In this document: piece by piece, positions 25,650 through 37,662 of the stretch
Numbering within the stretch: position 1 is the stretch's first letter
Layout: each line of letters starts with the position of its first letter
From: Malacoraja senta
Lineage: Eukaryota
Direction of reading: 5' to 3'
Length of the DNA stretch: 60,000 bases
Assembly (NCBI GenBank): GCA_038087875.1
Contig: CM075990.1
Location: 13,518,001 to 13,578,000, forward strand
The notes under the pieces: generated by a model
Database searches by the model: none
Told to the model about the DNA's origin: nothing
Seen by the model: the letters and a program-made list of their open reading frames with translations, nothing else
Position numbers and translations under genes: made by a program

Positions 25650-26139
25650 GTAAGTACTGAACTATTCCAGCTGTTTGGACTTCTTATGAGCAAGTAATTA
25701 ACATCACATAATGAAGAGTAGAAAGTATTTTACTTTTGGCTCCACTATGGCATTCTTATTGTACTGAATGTTGTGTGGAAAAGTAGCACGCACAGGGTTG
25801 AGAAGTTGTTCTCGGCATTAAAGCATATTATTTGGAGATGGTGCAGAGATGGTAGATCTGAGGCAGTTTCCGTCCAGTTAACAGGGGAAGCAATATTCAA
25901 GCATGTGCTACAATGCATTGTGAGCATTAGCAATTAGAATTCTGTTTAAAAAAAATAAAATCATGCATTAAGTTTGTTAGAAGCAAAGTCACACTAGCAC
26001 CATTTTGTATCTGGGACTGCACTTCAACGCGAGGGGGTTCGTGGGGTGAGATTTGTCTCCATATAGCAAATGACTCATGGGGATTAGTGGTCCTCAGTGG
26101 ACATTGAGACATGATGTACACAGCGGGCAGCACCCTAAT

Positions 26140-26236
26140 AGTCTGAAGAAGGGTTTCGGCCCGAAACGTTGCCTATTTCTTTCGCTCCATAGATGCTGCC
26201 TCACCCGCTGAGTTTCTCCAGCACTTTTGTCTACCC
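26140..26236 (+). repeat. Penelope-derived solo 3' module with intact hammerhead core
   Basis: gtCTGAAGAagggtttcggcccGAAAcgttgcc. Confidence 0.85.
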
Positions 26237-26831
26237 TAACAGCATGCTGGTTGAAATCTACCAGCAGTAAAGAACTTGAATTCTTATCTTCAAGCAAAGT
26301 AATCGCAGGGATGAAGAGAGTTGCTGTTTCAGCCTAGGCAGAGTCAGGGTCTTTAGGTTATGAAGGTGCTGGCTCTTCTTCACCTACTCCTGCCGTGCAG
26401 TTCACATTGTTTATGAGGACATTTTAAAAAAAAATCCCAGTACACTAGTGCATGGAAGATCTCAGTGTAATTTGCCTAAGTATGTTTTTAGTCATTGTGG
26501 TTAGCCTCATTTTGCCCAGTTTACAACTAAATCAAGGAAAGCACAATATAGTAATGTCATTCGATGCTTGCAGTCTACCACTGATTTAGCCCCCTGGATC
26601 CCATCCAGTAACACACACACAGCAAAGCCAATGCAGTTGACTGATACTAATTACTAGTCAAGTAATTACCAATGCTCTTCAAGTCACAAGTTGTCTAAAT
26701 TAGCAGAGTTTGTATCTATTTTTGAAATTGAATATCCATCCCATTTTCTTAAGATTAAACAAAAATGGGATCTCTGGTTTTTTGCTGCAGGATTTGGCTC
26801 TATTCCCTAATCCATCTTTCTAATAACATTG

Positions 26832-26928
26832 AAGGTAAACACAACATGCTGGAGTAACTCAGCGGGACAGGCAGCATCTCTGGAGAAAAAGAATGGGTGA
26901 TGTTTCGGGTCAAGACCCTTCTTCAGAC
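26832..26928 (-). repeat. Penelope-derived solo 3' module
   Basis: Reverse complement gtctgaagaagggtcttgacccgaaacatcacccattc. Confidence 0.8.
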
Positions 26929-27894
26929 ATTTCTTTGGATGTCAGGTCTCTGGCCCATGTTAATCAATCAATCAGTTCTCATCTTCCTCATTGCTTCTCC
27001 TTTATAGTCTCATTGTGTTTTCAAATTGTCTAATTCCTCCTTTTGCTATTCTCTAACTGGATTGCCCGAAAGCTTTCTCCATTGGATTTACTGTTCAAAT
27101 AGTAATAAACCAAGTGAAAGATGAATGAACAGTGCCTACAAATGTGACTCTTAGGTAAAGTAGCCAGTTCCCTTAAATCTTTAAATAGAAAGGTGAATGA
27201 ATGCACCTGGCGAGGAACCCTTGCCGCTTGTCCCCTGGTCCCTGAATCTTGCACTACACTCCCCCTGAGTGTGGCCGCGTTCGATCACCATGAGACCCTG
27301 GAATTCCCTCTAAGCAGATACAAAAGTTGTCAATTCACTAGTGCATTGATTTTCTTACACACAAAAATCCTGCTTAAAATATTAATGAATAAGATGGTGA
27401 TCATATATTGATCAGAGATTATTGATTGAACGATTCTGTGGTGTTGGTGGTACAGCTGTCCAAAAAAGAGTATGGTGATTGAGCAAGAGAAGGTTTTGTA
27501 AATAGGAGAGCTGCCCTGTGACCCACGTACTCAATCATCATATTTGCCAGTGCTTGACCTTGTGATTGCTTTAAGTTTGAACTGTAAGGAAGGTGAAATA
27601 AGCTTCAGGCACAAACACTTCTACTGTTCCTCAAATAGAAAGAGGTTGATCTGGAGCAAGTTGAATTGTTAAACACACTGCAACCCCACAGTGCCATTTT
27701 ACTTCGGAGTCACGTGAGTGACTACGTGAAGACCCCGCCAGCACGCATGCGCGACATAGCATCTCACGCAGTGCAACGCGACGGGCGGGGGAAGAGCTCT
27801 CCCGCGGCAAGGTTTAAAACGGGACCGGCAGGTAAGGTAATCTTACTCTGAGGTCGTTATTTGGAACCCTTGTTGTGTTTGAATTTTAGCAGAT

Positions 27895-29150
27895 ATGGAC
27901 AAGGGAAGAAAAAGAAAGAAAGTCGCGTCCCGTACACCTGTGGTGGACCAGGAAGGTTCCGGCAGTGGGGGGCGACCGACGGCACCGGGACCGCATTCCC
28001 TGCGGTCCACAGTCACCGACTGTAACACTGCGCAGCCAAGCCCAACGCCGCAAGCTGCTCAGCTGGAACCAACGTAGCGGGTTGGAGGCAAGGCGAAGCA
28101 GAAGTCGGTCCGGCCGATAGACTCGGACGAGTCCGGTCAGGAGGACGCGCTGCCTGAGAGCAGCAAAGGTGGCCGTCTATCCCGCATGGAGCGGTTGATG
28201 GAGCAGATGCTCCAGCGAGACTTGCTCCGGGAGATGGAGCAAGCTCTCCATGGGAGTGCTCGCACACCCACAACAGCACCGTATTCGGCGCTGTCCATCG
28301 TATCTCCCTCGACAGAGGGGAGCGTTGGGGGCCAGGGCTGGGCTGGCCTGGAAGAGGGATCATGGCTGAAGATACCAGCAGTGTGCTGGGGGTGCAGGAC
28401 CAGGAAGAGCTGCTAGGAGTGGTCAACATGTTTGGGGTACCACCGCAAGCGGGACAACCATTGCAGACCAAACTGGCGGCCAGTATAGACTACCTGTCCT
28501 TCCACCCTCTACAGGAACAGCTTGTCAATGAAACTATGGAAAAATATATACCTCCGGAGAACTGCATCTCGCTAAATGTACCCGCCGTCAACAGCCAAAT
28601 CTGGGGGTACATTGGGCTGGGCATAAGGGCCCAGGAGGTGAAGCTTCAGAAAATATTAAAACTTCTGACTTCAGCTATAACATCCTATGCTCGTTCTGTT
28701 GATGGGGTCGAAATGAGGGATAACCAGCAGGACACACTGGCCCTACTGTGTAATACACAGTATGAAATAAACTGCCTGCGGAAAAACGCCATCAAACCTG
28801 CCCTCAACCCCAAATTCGCAGGGTTGTGCAAAACTGCAACTGCACAGCCACAAATAATGCTGTTTGGGAAAGACTTGTCCAAACAAGTAAAAGAACTGGA
28901 CGAAGAGTCTAAAGCCGTTGGGCTTATGAGGGCAGCTGCAGGAACGAGCAAAACCACACACCCCAGGCGGCAGCACCCCTATGCATCCACCAGCAGGCAT
29001 CAACACCAGGGTGCTGGTGAAAGCATGAGGGTCGCACATCAACCACGAAGGTCTTTTTTAGGCCAAGGCCCAGAGCGGCCCTCATGGAAGATGCGCCAAC
29101 CCCACACTCCGGCGCCTCAACAAGTGAAGAGACAGTGGCCGAAGAAATGA
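27895..29150 (+). pseudogene. DIRS-B gag-like ORF1 (5' part frameshifted, 28362-29150 open)
   Basis: MDKGRKRKK start; YIPPENCISLNVPAVNSQIW...EINCLRKNAIKPALNPKFAGLC. Confidence 0.85.
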
Positions 29151-30401
29151 ACTTACCACCGGTAACCATGGACGTAGGTGGGTCTGGTTCCTTCCAGAAC
29201 ATAAAAGGTGTAGGTCCTGTACTAACAGGCGGAAGGTTACACTTGTTTTGGGAAGCATGGGGGACTATCTGGGATTCACAATTAACTCTGTCCACATGTC
29301 TGTAACATTGCCAAAGGACAAAGCAGCAGATTTGGTGGAAGTCTGCAACAAATTGATTGTTACTAATCAACCATCTATTCGACAGGTGGCAAAAGTAATT
29401 GGGAAATTAGTAGCAGCATTTCCAGCTACTCAGTTTGGACCTTTGCATTACCAAAATTTACAAAGGGAAAAGGTGCAAACGCTAAAACAACATAAAGGTC
29501 ATTTTGATCGGGCAATGCAATTACCAGCCAAGGCAATTTCGGAGTTACAATGGTGGAGAGAAAACATTTGGCATAGTTCCAGCCCCATTGTTATTAGTAA
29601 CCCATCATTCACATTACAAACGGATGCCAGTGCTCAGGGCTGGGGAGCAACTAACACTATATCTAGTACTGGTGGTAGATGGAACATACAAGAGTCATCA
29701 CTACAACAGAGACTGGGTATAAATTACTTAGAAATGTTGGGTGCGTTTTATGGGCTAAAAGCTTACTGTTCAGCTATGCACCATTTGCATGTCCGCCTAC
29801 AAATTGACACTATCACAGTGGTGGCTTATGTTAATCATATGGGTGGAATAAAATCGATATCGTGTGACGATTTGGTCAGCACAATTTGGCAATGGTGTGT
29901 CGACAGACATATTTGGCTATCAGCAACTTACCTACCAGGTAAGCTCAATACAGTGGCAGACACCAGGTCACGAAAATTTAATGACAACACCGAATGGATG
30001 TTGAACCACAAAGTATTTGCTGATATTACAATGCGGTATGGTACACCTGATATCGATCTCTTTGCATCCAGTCACCAGTTACCAACATATGTCCCTTGGG
30101 AACCAGACCCTGAGGCAGCAGCGATGGACGCGTTTTCGCTGAATTGGGGAAAATAGTTTTCTATGCCTTTCCCCCCTTCTGCCTCATCAGTCGGGTCCTA
30201 CGCAAAATACAAATGGACTCAGCTTCAGGTATTTTGGTAGTACCCGATTGGCCTACACAGCCATGGTTCCCTGTGGTCCTCGACATGGTCTCTGAACCAC
30301 TCATGACCATTCCCAAAAGACCAGATCTCTTGATCCATCCTGTTAAGGGCGAAAGTCATCCATGCCATGACAGGATAAATCTGTTGGCTTGCAGAATTTA
30401 A
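29147..30401 (+). pseudogene. DIRS-B RT (deleted core) - RNase H - methyltransferase-like ORF
   Basis: GGRLHLFWEAW joined directly to DYLGFTINS; LQTDASAQGWG, INYLEML, PDIDLFAS, FYAFPPF, VVPDWPTQPWFP; frameshift near 30150. Confidence 0.92.
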
Positions 30402-31372
30402 AAAGACCTCTTTTGGATCTGGGATTATCGGACAGGACCATGAACATGATCACGGCGGCCTACCGAGAATCGACTAAGAAGCAGTACCTCTCCAGAATTC
30501 GGAAGTGGGAAGCGTACTGCTCAAGGACTGGGGTAGCATACAAATCAGCTACAATTACCAATGTCCTGGAGTTCCTATCCAGCCTTCACTTTGATGAAGG
30601 ACTGAGTTACAGCACAATTAACAGTGCTAGGAGTGCTCTGTCAGCATATTTATGGCAGGCACCGGGACAGCAGTCCATGGGATCCCACCCTCTAGTTGCC
30701 AAACTAATGAGGGGTATCTACAACACCAATCCCCCCAGACCAAGGTACACCCAGATCTGGGACATCAGTGTTGTACTGACATTGCTAAGGGGTTGGTCAC
30801 CAGCAATGTCCCTGTCCCTGGAACAGCTCACACTAAAAACAGTAATGCTGATGGCTTTGGTCTCAGCTCAAAGGGTCCAGTCCCTATACAAATTAAGATT
30901 GGACAATATGAAATCATCAACTGACAAGATAACCTTCCGGATCTTGGAGTTGGTTAAACAGAATAGACCGGGAACTTCGGGACTGGGTTTGGAATTCCGG
31001 GCATACCCACCTGACCCCCGTTTGTGTGTCATGACACACCTACTGCTTTATCTTAGGACAACAAAATCCTTAAGAGGTAGCGAAATGGCATTATGGGTTA
31101 GTTTCAAACAGCGTCATGGACGGGTGTCAGTACAGAGCATCTCAAGGTGGCTCAGACAGGTTCTGGGGGCTGCTGGGGTGGATACTGACATTTTAAAATC
31201 TCACTCCACCAGGGCAGCAGCAACATCGGCGGCAAGAAATATGGATGTACCAATGGACCATATCCTGGCGACAGCGGGATGGTCTACGGAAAAGACTTTC
31301 CAAATATTTTATAATAAGCCGATCGCCAAACCTGCAGTGTTTGCAGAAAGAATTTTAAGTTCTGCAATATAA
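30389..31372 (+). CDS. DIRS-B tyrosine recombinase, open 327-aa ORF
   Basis: Catalytic set present: R (SAQRVQSL), HxxR (SHSTR), W (AGWS), Y (FQIFYNKP). Confidence 0.92.
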   Translation: MQNLKRPLLDLGLSDRTMNMITAAYRESTKKQYLSRIRKWEAYCSRTGVAYKSATITNVLEFLSSLHFDEGLSYSTINSARSALSAYLWQAPGQQSMGSHPLVAKLMRGIYNTNPPRPRYTQIWDISVVLTLLRGWSPAMSLSLEQLTLKTVMLMALVSAQRVQSLYKLRLDNMKSSTDKITFRILELVKQNRPGTSGLGLEFRAYPPDPRLCVMTHLLLYLRTTKSLRGSEMALWVSFKQRHGRVSVQSISRWLRQVLGAAGVDTDILKSHSTRAAATSAARNMDVPMDHILATAGWSTEKTFQIFYNKPIAKPAVFAERILSSAI

Positions 31373-31547
31373 TTTAGCCCGAGGGAGCATTATTTTCTTT
31401 GTTAAAAAATAAATAAATAAATCGTTATTGTTTGAAAAATTGATTCATGTTTAATTACGATAACATACTTCCTCCCTTGGATGACTTTGGCAGTGAGTGA
31501 GGCATGGACTTTTTCCACGGCATGAAATCACAGATCTTTAAAATCTC

Positions 31548-31656
31548 CACGTAGTCACTCACGTGACTCCGAAGTAAAATAGTAAGATTAAACGAGAACT
31601 TGCCAGTTTGAAGTTTGATCTTTATTTTATGAGGAGTTACGTCGAGGGATTACGTG
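31548..31656 (+). repeat. DIRS-B ICR
   Basis: 31548-31580 is the inverse of the left terminus; 31578-31656 is the inverse of 31794-31872. Confidence 0.92.
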
Positions 31657-31764
31657 CCCTCCACGCCCACCCTCTTGTAAAGGTCAGCTGGTATCCTAGT
31701 TCTTCTTATCTTACTATGTTTATTTCATTACTATTACTGTGATTCCACACCGCTGCTTTGAAGA

Positions 31765-31872
31765 ATGTCGCGCATGCGTGCTGGCGGGGTCTTCATGTAA
31801 TCCCTCGACGTAACTCCTCATAAAATAAAGATCAAACTTCAAACTGGTAAGTTCTCATTTAATCTTACTATT
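31765..31872 (+). repeat. DIRS-B right ITR + extension
   Basis: atgtcgcgcatgcgtgctggcggggtcttcatgta is the inverse of 27723-27757. Confidence 0.92.
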
Positions 31873-32901
31873 AATCATAACACCTTTAAAATAGCATGAG
31901 TGGACAGGAATGGTTTGCCATAGGAATATGATATGAAGAAAAGAAAGAACTATCAGGGAGAATAATAATGGGAGTTTTAAATGCATTTTGGGGAAGAAAC
32001 AGTGGTAGCAGTCGGAAATGGTCAAATTTACTGATTGCTTTCCTGAAGGAGCACGAGCCAACAAGGCAGCAGATGATCTTAATTTTACATGAGTAATGAC
32101 AGAAAATAGCAGGCAGTCTGGTATGTAACATGATTGAATATCAATATTGGGTTTGAAGAGGAAGCAGGAGGATCACAAATCAGGGGGTCAGGCTATAACA
32201 AAATGAATTGAAGAGGTAAGGAAGGATTTGACTGGAACTCTATGAGAGAATTCACCAGCTGCCCAAACCGTAGGCTGCACTCGGAATTTGTATGAAAGTA
32301 ATTGATGGATTTTAAATCTCTCAGATACAAATGCAAAACTTCAGCTTTAATATCATCAAGACCCTTGACATTGGTGGGACAATTATACATCAATGTAAAA
32401 GCAAAAATAGTAGCGGCAATTCAAGATGCACAGAGCAAAAATGGGAAGGATAAAGAAGTAGTATAAAGATTGTAAAGTGAGCAGTATAGTGAGAAGTGAC
32501 AAGCTGATAAGATTCAACTTGAATATGACACCTTAAATGACAATAATAGAGGATATAGTAAATGCTTAGCTTTGGTTATCACAATGATAGTGGATGAAAT
32601 ATCAGAGGGAGAGAGTAGGAACAGTGATGAGTGAATAAACTGATACATGGAAGGTCTTTAGTCATAGAAATCGATTTTACACATATGATAAAGTGAATAC
32701 ATTCTTGCTCATGGTTATGAGTCTGGTTGGAGATAGAAAGATGAATGTCAAAATTGAAGGAATTTTCGTAATTTGTGGAAATGATATACCTCATGTTTGG
32801 GGAATGGAAATTCCCATATTAAAATGAATGCTAATTCCTAAGACACTGCAATACAATACTTATGGGAAGAAATACTGTATTTATAAGAGATAGAAATTAT
32901 T

Positions 32902-33026
32902 AAGAAAGAACTGCAGATGTTGGAAAAATCGAAGGCAGACAAAAATGCTGGAGGAACTCAGCGGGTGAGGCAGCATCTATGGAGAGAAGGAATAGGCGAC
33001 GTTTCGTGTTGAGACCCTTCTTCAGT
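32902..33026 (-). repeat. Penelope-derived solo 3' module
   Basis: Reverse complement ctgaagaagggtctcaacacgaaacgtcgcctattcc...ttccaacatctgcagttctttctt. Confidence 0.82.
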
Positions 33027-33933
33027 AAGTGGGCGGGAGAGTGGGTCAAGCTGGATTGCTGCTTCATACACCTGGTATAGAGTCGATAGACAGAGTGAGA
33101 CCTTCCGTACTCATTCTGTCATTCTGCGTTCAAGTCCTTTACTTACGTTGTATCCAGAGCATATAAAATTGCCTGGGATTTCTCTCCTGATAATGATAGC
33201 CAAAATGTAGGGTGCAGTGGTTTCATTGGGGGAATTGTCCAATTATGCCCTTAAAAATGTATCAATTACAATTTTGAAATGCTCTATTGGACATCCCAGC
33301 TGCAACAGTTTATAGAACGAGAGGGCCCCAAACACATTATGTAAAGAGTTGCTTCTTGTCATCAGATAAGTTTCTGATTGTTAGATTATGATCTCCTGTG
33401 GTACACTCACCATGTTAAAAGCAAACTGCTGATTTGTATTTGCTGTTCCCTTAAACCGACAGTGGGCATGGTGCTACCACAAAGAGGTCTGCCTCTTTAA
33501 GAATGGCTCCACCGTGCCCATATCCTCAGTCTGAACATGTAGCTTGCAGCCACAGAGCACTGTCCTTTGCTTAGCTTGGGTTATCTCTGGCCTGACAAAT
33601 CCTAATGACAAAAAGATCTATCAAAGAAAATTAGACTGCAAGCAGATACCGGCTCTGTTTAGCTTGGTAATCTGATCTGTGTCAGACTGAATGTTTAGCC
33701 CAGGGCAGTATACATCCAAATCAAATCAACGACTGCTGCATTCTGTGGCCGGACACATTTGTGTATAAACATCTATGCCAAAACGGGATCTGGAGAATTG
33801 TGCTTGATGTATGACAACATCAACAATTTCCATTAATACAGTATCTTTAATGTAGCAAATTAACCCAACATGCTTCACTGGAGACTTTGAAAACAAGACT
33901 ATTGAGGCTAAGTGACTAAAACCAGTGATCAAA

Positions 33934-34041
33934 GTCTGAAGAAGGGTCACGACTCGAATCTCAACCCGAAACGTCACCCATTCCTTATCTCCAGAGATGC
34001 AGCCTGGCCCGCTGAGGTACCACTTTGTGTCTACCTTCGAT
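33934..34041 (+). repeat. Penelope-derived solo 3' module with partly duplicated stem II
   Basis: ctgaagaagggtcacgactcgaatctcaacccgaaacgtcaccc. Confidence 0.75.
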
Positions 34042-35327
34042 CAAAATCTTAGTTCCTTAAGCAGGAAAAGGAACCAGAATTTGTTTGGGAAGCAATTCCA
34101 GAGGAAAGATACCAGAAGACTCGGCAGCAAAAATAAAATGTTTTCAAGGTAAAAATAAGAGGACAGAATTGAGGGGGATGTCTTGGAGGGTTGTCGGTCT
34201 GAGAGAAACTACAGAGATTCGAAGAGGAGAAATCATTGAGGCATTTCAAAGCCAGGATGACAATTTTAAAGTTGAGGCACTGCTGGGGATCATTGCAGGT
34301 TAGCATTCATCATGTTGGGACAAAAACAGTTTTGGTCTCCTTAAACTTCTCTGACCAAGAAGCAGAAGTAGCCATTCAGCCCATTGATCCTGGTCAGCCA
34401 TTTAGAATGATCATGATTGATCTTCCACTTTATCCATGTTCCTGACCTTTCCAATTAATCTCCTCAAATGTATAGAATTATAGAAATTGGTACACAGTTG
34501 GTCAACTGTACTTGCACTTGGTATCAATATTTCATCCAGAGGAGATTAGAATTGGGGCAGCTGTTATAACTCAGGACATCATTTATTACTGGTACTGGGC
34601 AGTCACTGCCTGTCTTGCATGTTGTAAATCCGATCAATTTACATTTACACCTTTTCTGTAACAATTGCATATAAAGTGCTAGAGTCACACAACCATACCC
34701 AGAGAATGAGGCCCTGTGGACCGCCGCTATGCCCATGCCAACTATTGTGCAATAATCCTACCCATTTATTTAATTTAATAGCCTCAACAAGGGCGCACTT
34801 CCATTGCAACGTGAGAAATGATTAACACTCCAAAGCAGCCTATCATGCAAAACCTTATCAAACACCTTGCTGAAGCCCAGAGACAATATCTATGGCTTTG
34901 GCCTTCTCAACCTTTTTTGTCTTCTTTAGCCTCCAACCAACCCTTTGGGAAATGCTTAATTAAATTTATGTTCTCCATTTCAGGAACTTGCTCCTGTAAG
35001 TAATGCTGATGCCTCGGCCAAGGCCACAAAACCCAAATCTCGGCGATTACGTTCCCTTGATACTTTTCGTGGGTAAGGTTTGTCTCTTCTCTTGACTTGT
35101 GATTCCCCTGTGTTTGTACTTAAATGCACTCTGTTGCTATCCTGCTCAGTTTTATCTCTTTGGCTCTTTATTTCATCACACACTGGAAAACAATGAAGCC
35201 ATCACTCGGCTTTCTGAATCTATATTTGTTTGAAAATTTCTGCTCTATATATTCAGCGCGTCTCGTTAGTTTCCCAATAGTTACTGCAGGGGTTCCTGAA
35301 AGACTTCCAATGTTCTCAGGGTTTGTA

Positions 35328-35645
35328 AAGGGCCTGTCCCACTGTATGAGGTAATTCAAGAGTTCTCCTGAGTTTCCCCTGATTCGAACTCGGAGAATTA
35401 AGGTAATAGCCGCTCGTAGGTACTCGGGGCTCTCGTGGACATTTTTCAACGTTGAAAAATCTTCATGAGTCTTCACGAGCTTACCGCGTTTCCTGAGTAC
35501 CTGCTGTTAGTGTTATGAGCCGTTAAGAGACGTCCCGAGCTCCGAAGTACCCGCTGCGTACATTCTATGTGCTTACCACGAGTTTGATTTTTTTTTTAAA
35601 CTCGGTAGAGCTCTTGAATTACCTCGTACAGTGGGACAGGCCCTT
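35328..35645. mobile_element. MITE (318 bp), TA TSD
   Basis: TIRs aagggcctgtcccactgtatgaggtaattcaagag / ctcttgaattacctcgtacagtgggacaggccctt. Confidence 0.92.
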
Positions 35646-35724
35646 TAGTATCAGTAGAGATGAGCCTGCTGCCTTATTCCAAGACAACGGATCTTTAAGG
35701 ACAAGATAAGACTCTATATTTTCA

Positions 35725-36052
35725 TACTCCAGCATTGTGTGTCCTTTTTTATAAACCAGCATATGCAGTTCCTTGTTTCTACATTTTACTGCTCCACAAT
35801 AACATCTCCTTAAGATATGCCTACCTTGAAGAAGTTCTCGTCCTCTCTCCAACGAGAGTTCTGTGTGACCCTCTGTCACTGCTACCCCTCTGTGATCCCT
35901 GTTGCTCTGCTGCTCCTTGATGAATCCAAAGAAGGATCCTGACCCAATACATCGGCCAACCATGTTCTCCAGAGATGTTGTCTGACCCACTGAGATTACC
36001 CCAGCACTTTGTGTCTTTTTTGTAAACCTGGATCTGCAGTTCCTTTTGTCTG
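35725..36052 (+). repeat. Degenerate Penelope-related segments (two partial 3' modules)
   Basis: ctccagcattgtgtgtcc...ccagcatatgcagttcc and agatgttgtctgacccactgag...tctgcagttcc. Confidence 0.55.
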
Positions 36053-36059
36053 ATATTCA

Positions 36060-37075
36060 ATGACTATAGCTCCAACACCATAATACCTCTCAAGCTCATT
36101 CCTGAACTTCTGGACCTCGGACTTGGTCTGCATCTGTAGCTGGCTGAAGGATTTCTTGACTAGCAGATCTCAGTTGATTAGAATTGGTTGTAGAATTTCC
36201 TTCACCCTCAGGGATGTGTGCTCAGTCCCTTGCTCTACTCCTTGTACACCCATGATTGTGACCAAGCACAGAACCTTCTGGAGTTTCAGCAGCATGAACG
36301 AGTTAGTTGTTGACCTGAGGAAGAAGGGGTGGCTGTGGGGGACGGACTGCAAGAAACACAACTTTGCCCTCATCGATGAAGCTACTGTAGATATGGTCAA
36401 AAACGTCAAGTTCTTAGGCACCCACATCACCAGTAACGTAACCTGCTTCCTTCACACTGATGCAACAATCAAAAAGGCTCAACAGTATATTTACTTTCTC
36501 GGGCGATTGAGAGGATCTTTGCGGCATTTTCTTGAACCTCTTCAGAAAGTATTCTGATGGGATGCATCTCAGCCTGGCATGACAATTGCTCAGCTCTTAG
36601 CTGCCTGAATCTGCAGAGCATGGTGAACAATGTCCAATCCATCACAAGTCTGTCACTTCATTCCATCCTGTCCATCTTCATTGTGCATTGCACCAGGAAG
36701 GCTGGAAGTATTGTCAAGGAAGACTGCTACCCAGGCCACTTGCTTTCCTCTCTACTTTCTTGGAGAAGATACAGGGAGCTTGATAGTCCAGTCGTCCACT
36801 GTAATTCACCTCCTGAACCAGTCACCTCTTTCACGCCTCATTGCTGGATGTGCTGCCAGACACTCTTACTCTCAACTCCATCTCATCCAATTATTCTTTT
36901 ACTGTACTTGAATTTTCTTTTTCATGACTTGGATTTTTCATTACAATCTTGCATTATTCTGTGGATTCGCTCTCGTCGTATTTATTGTTGTATTTATCAT
37001 TATTGTAAGTATACTGTTTACTACATGAGCTTCATGTGAACAAGGAATTTCATTGCAATCTGACATTAGACATCT
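36060..37075 (+). mobile_element. Degenerate Rex1/Babar LINE fragment
   Basis: KFLGTHITSNVT...KKAQQYIYFL; GCISAWHDNCS...; tail gaatttcattgca...tgaca. Confidence 0.75.
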
Positions 37076-37662
37076 AAATCTGAATCTAAAGTGTTCAGCT
37101 GTGTGGAGTTGTTTCACAATTTCAGGAGTACTGGCTAAGTTCAGACGTAAAATGCTTTCTATGTGAAATGTATATGACTTCCCAACGACTGCATGAATTT
37201 CCTCAGGGGTAATCCAGTTTTTTTTCCCACAAAGACATGCTGATAATCAAATTGACTGCTGTAAATTTTAAGTTTGTAGAGGTAAGTGGCAAAATAGAGT
37301 GGAGTTGGTGGGCATGAAGGAGAATGAGTAGCTGGTTTAGCAGAAAATCAGGAGGGGAGAATAGGACTGCTAGTATTGCTTTTGGAAGGTAACATTAACG
37401 CAATGGGCAGAATGGCCTACATCTGCGTCATATTTAGTAAGTAAACTCTGCAGTAGCAACACAAGCTGCTATTGAATGTGCAAGATGCAAAAGCTAGTGT
37501 AGCAGCAGCTGGACACTTGATCATCTTCTAGGATGTAAAGGGATTTAATAGCTATGACAGAATGGATTATGCCTTGAAGTGGTGAAAGGTCATCGCCTGG
37601 TTACAGGGCAATCTTTAAAAAAAAATATTGTTTTCTGATGTGTGTGTGAGATGTCGTTCATC

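Larger units (their letters stand above)
27696..31872 (+). mobile_element. DIRS1-type retrotransposon (copy B), RT core deleted
   Basis: lITR 27696-27757, ICR 31548-31656, rITR + extension 31765-31872; junctions gccATT and cttactATTaat. Confidence 0.96.

Noticed and set aside
30389..31372. Prophage or bacterial integrase contamination
   Set aside because: The YR lies within a complete DIRS1 structure surrounded by vertebrate repeats
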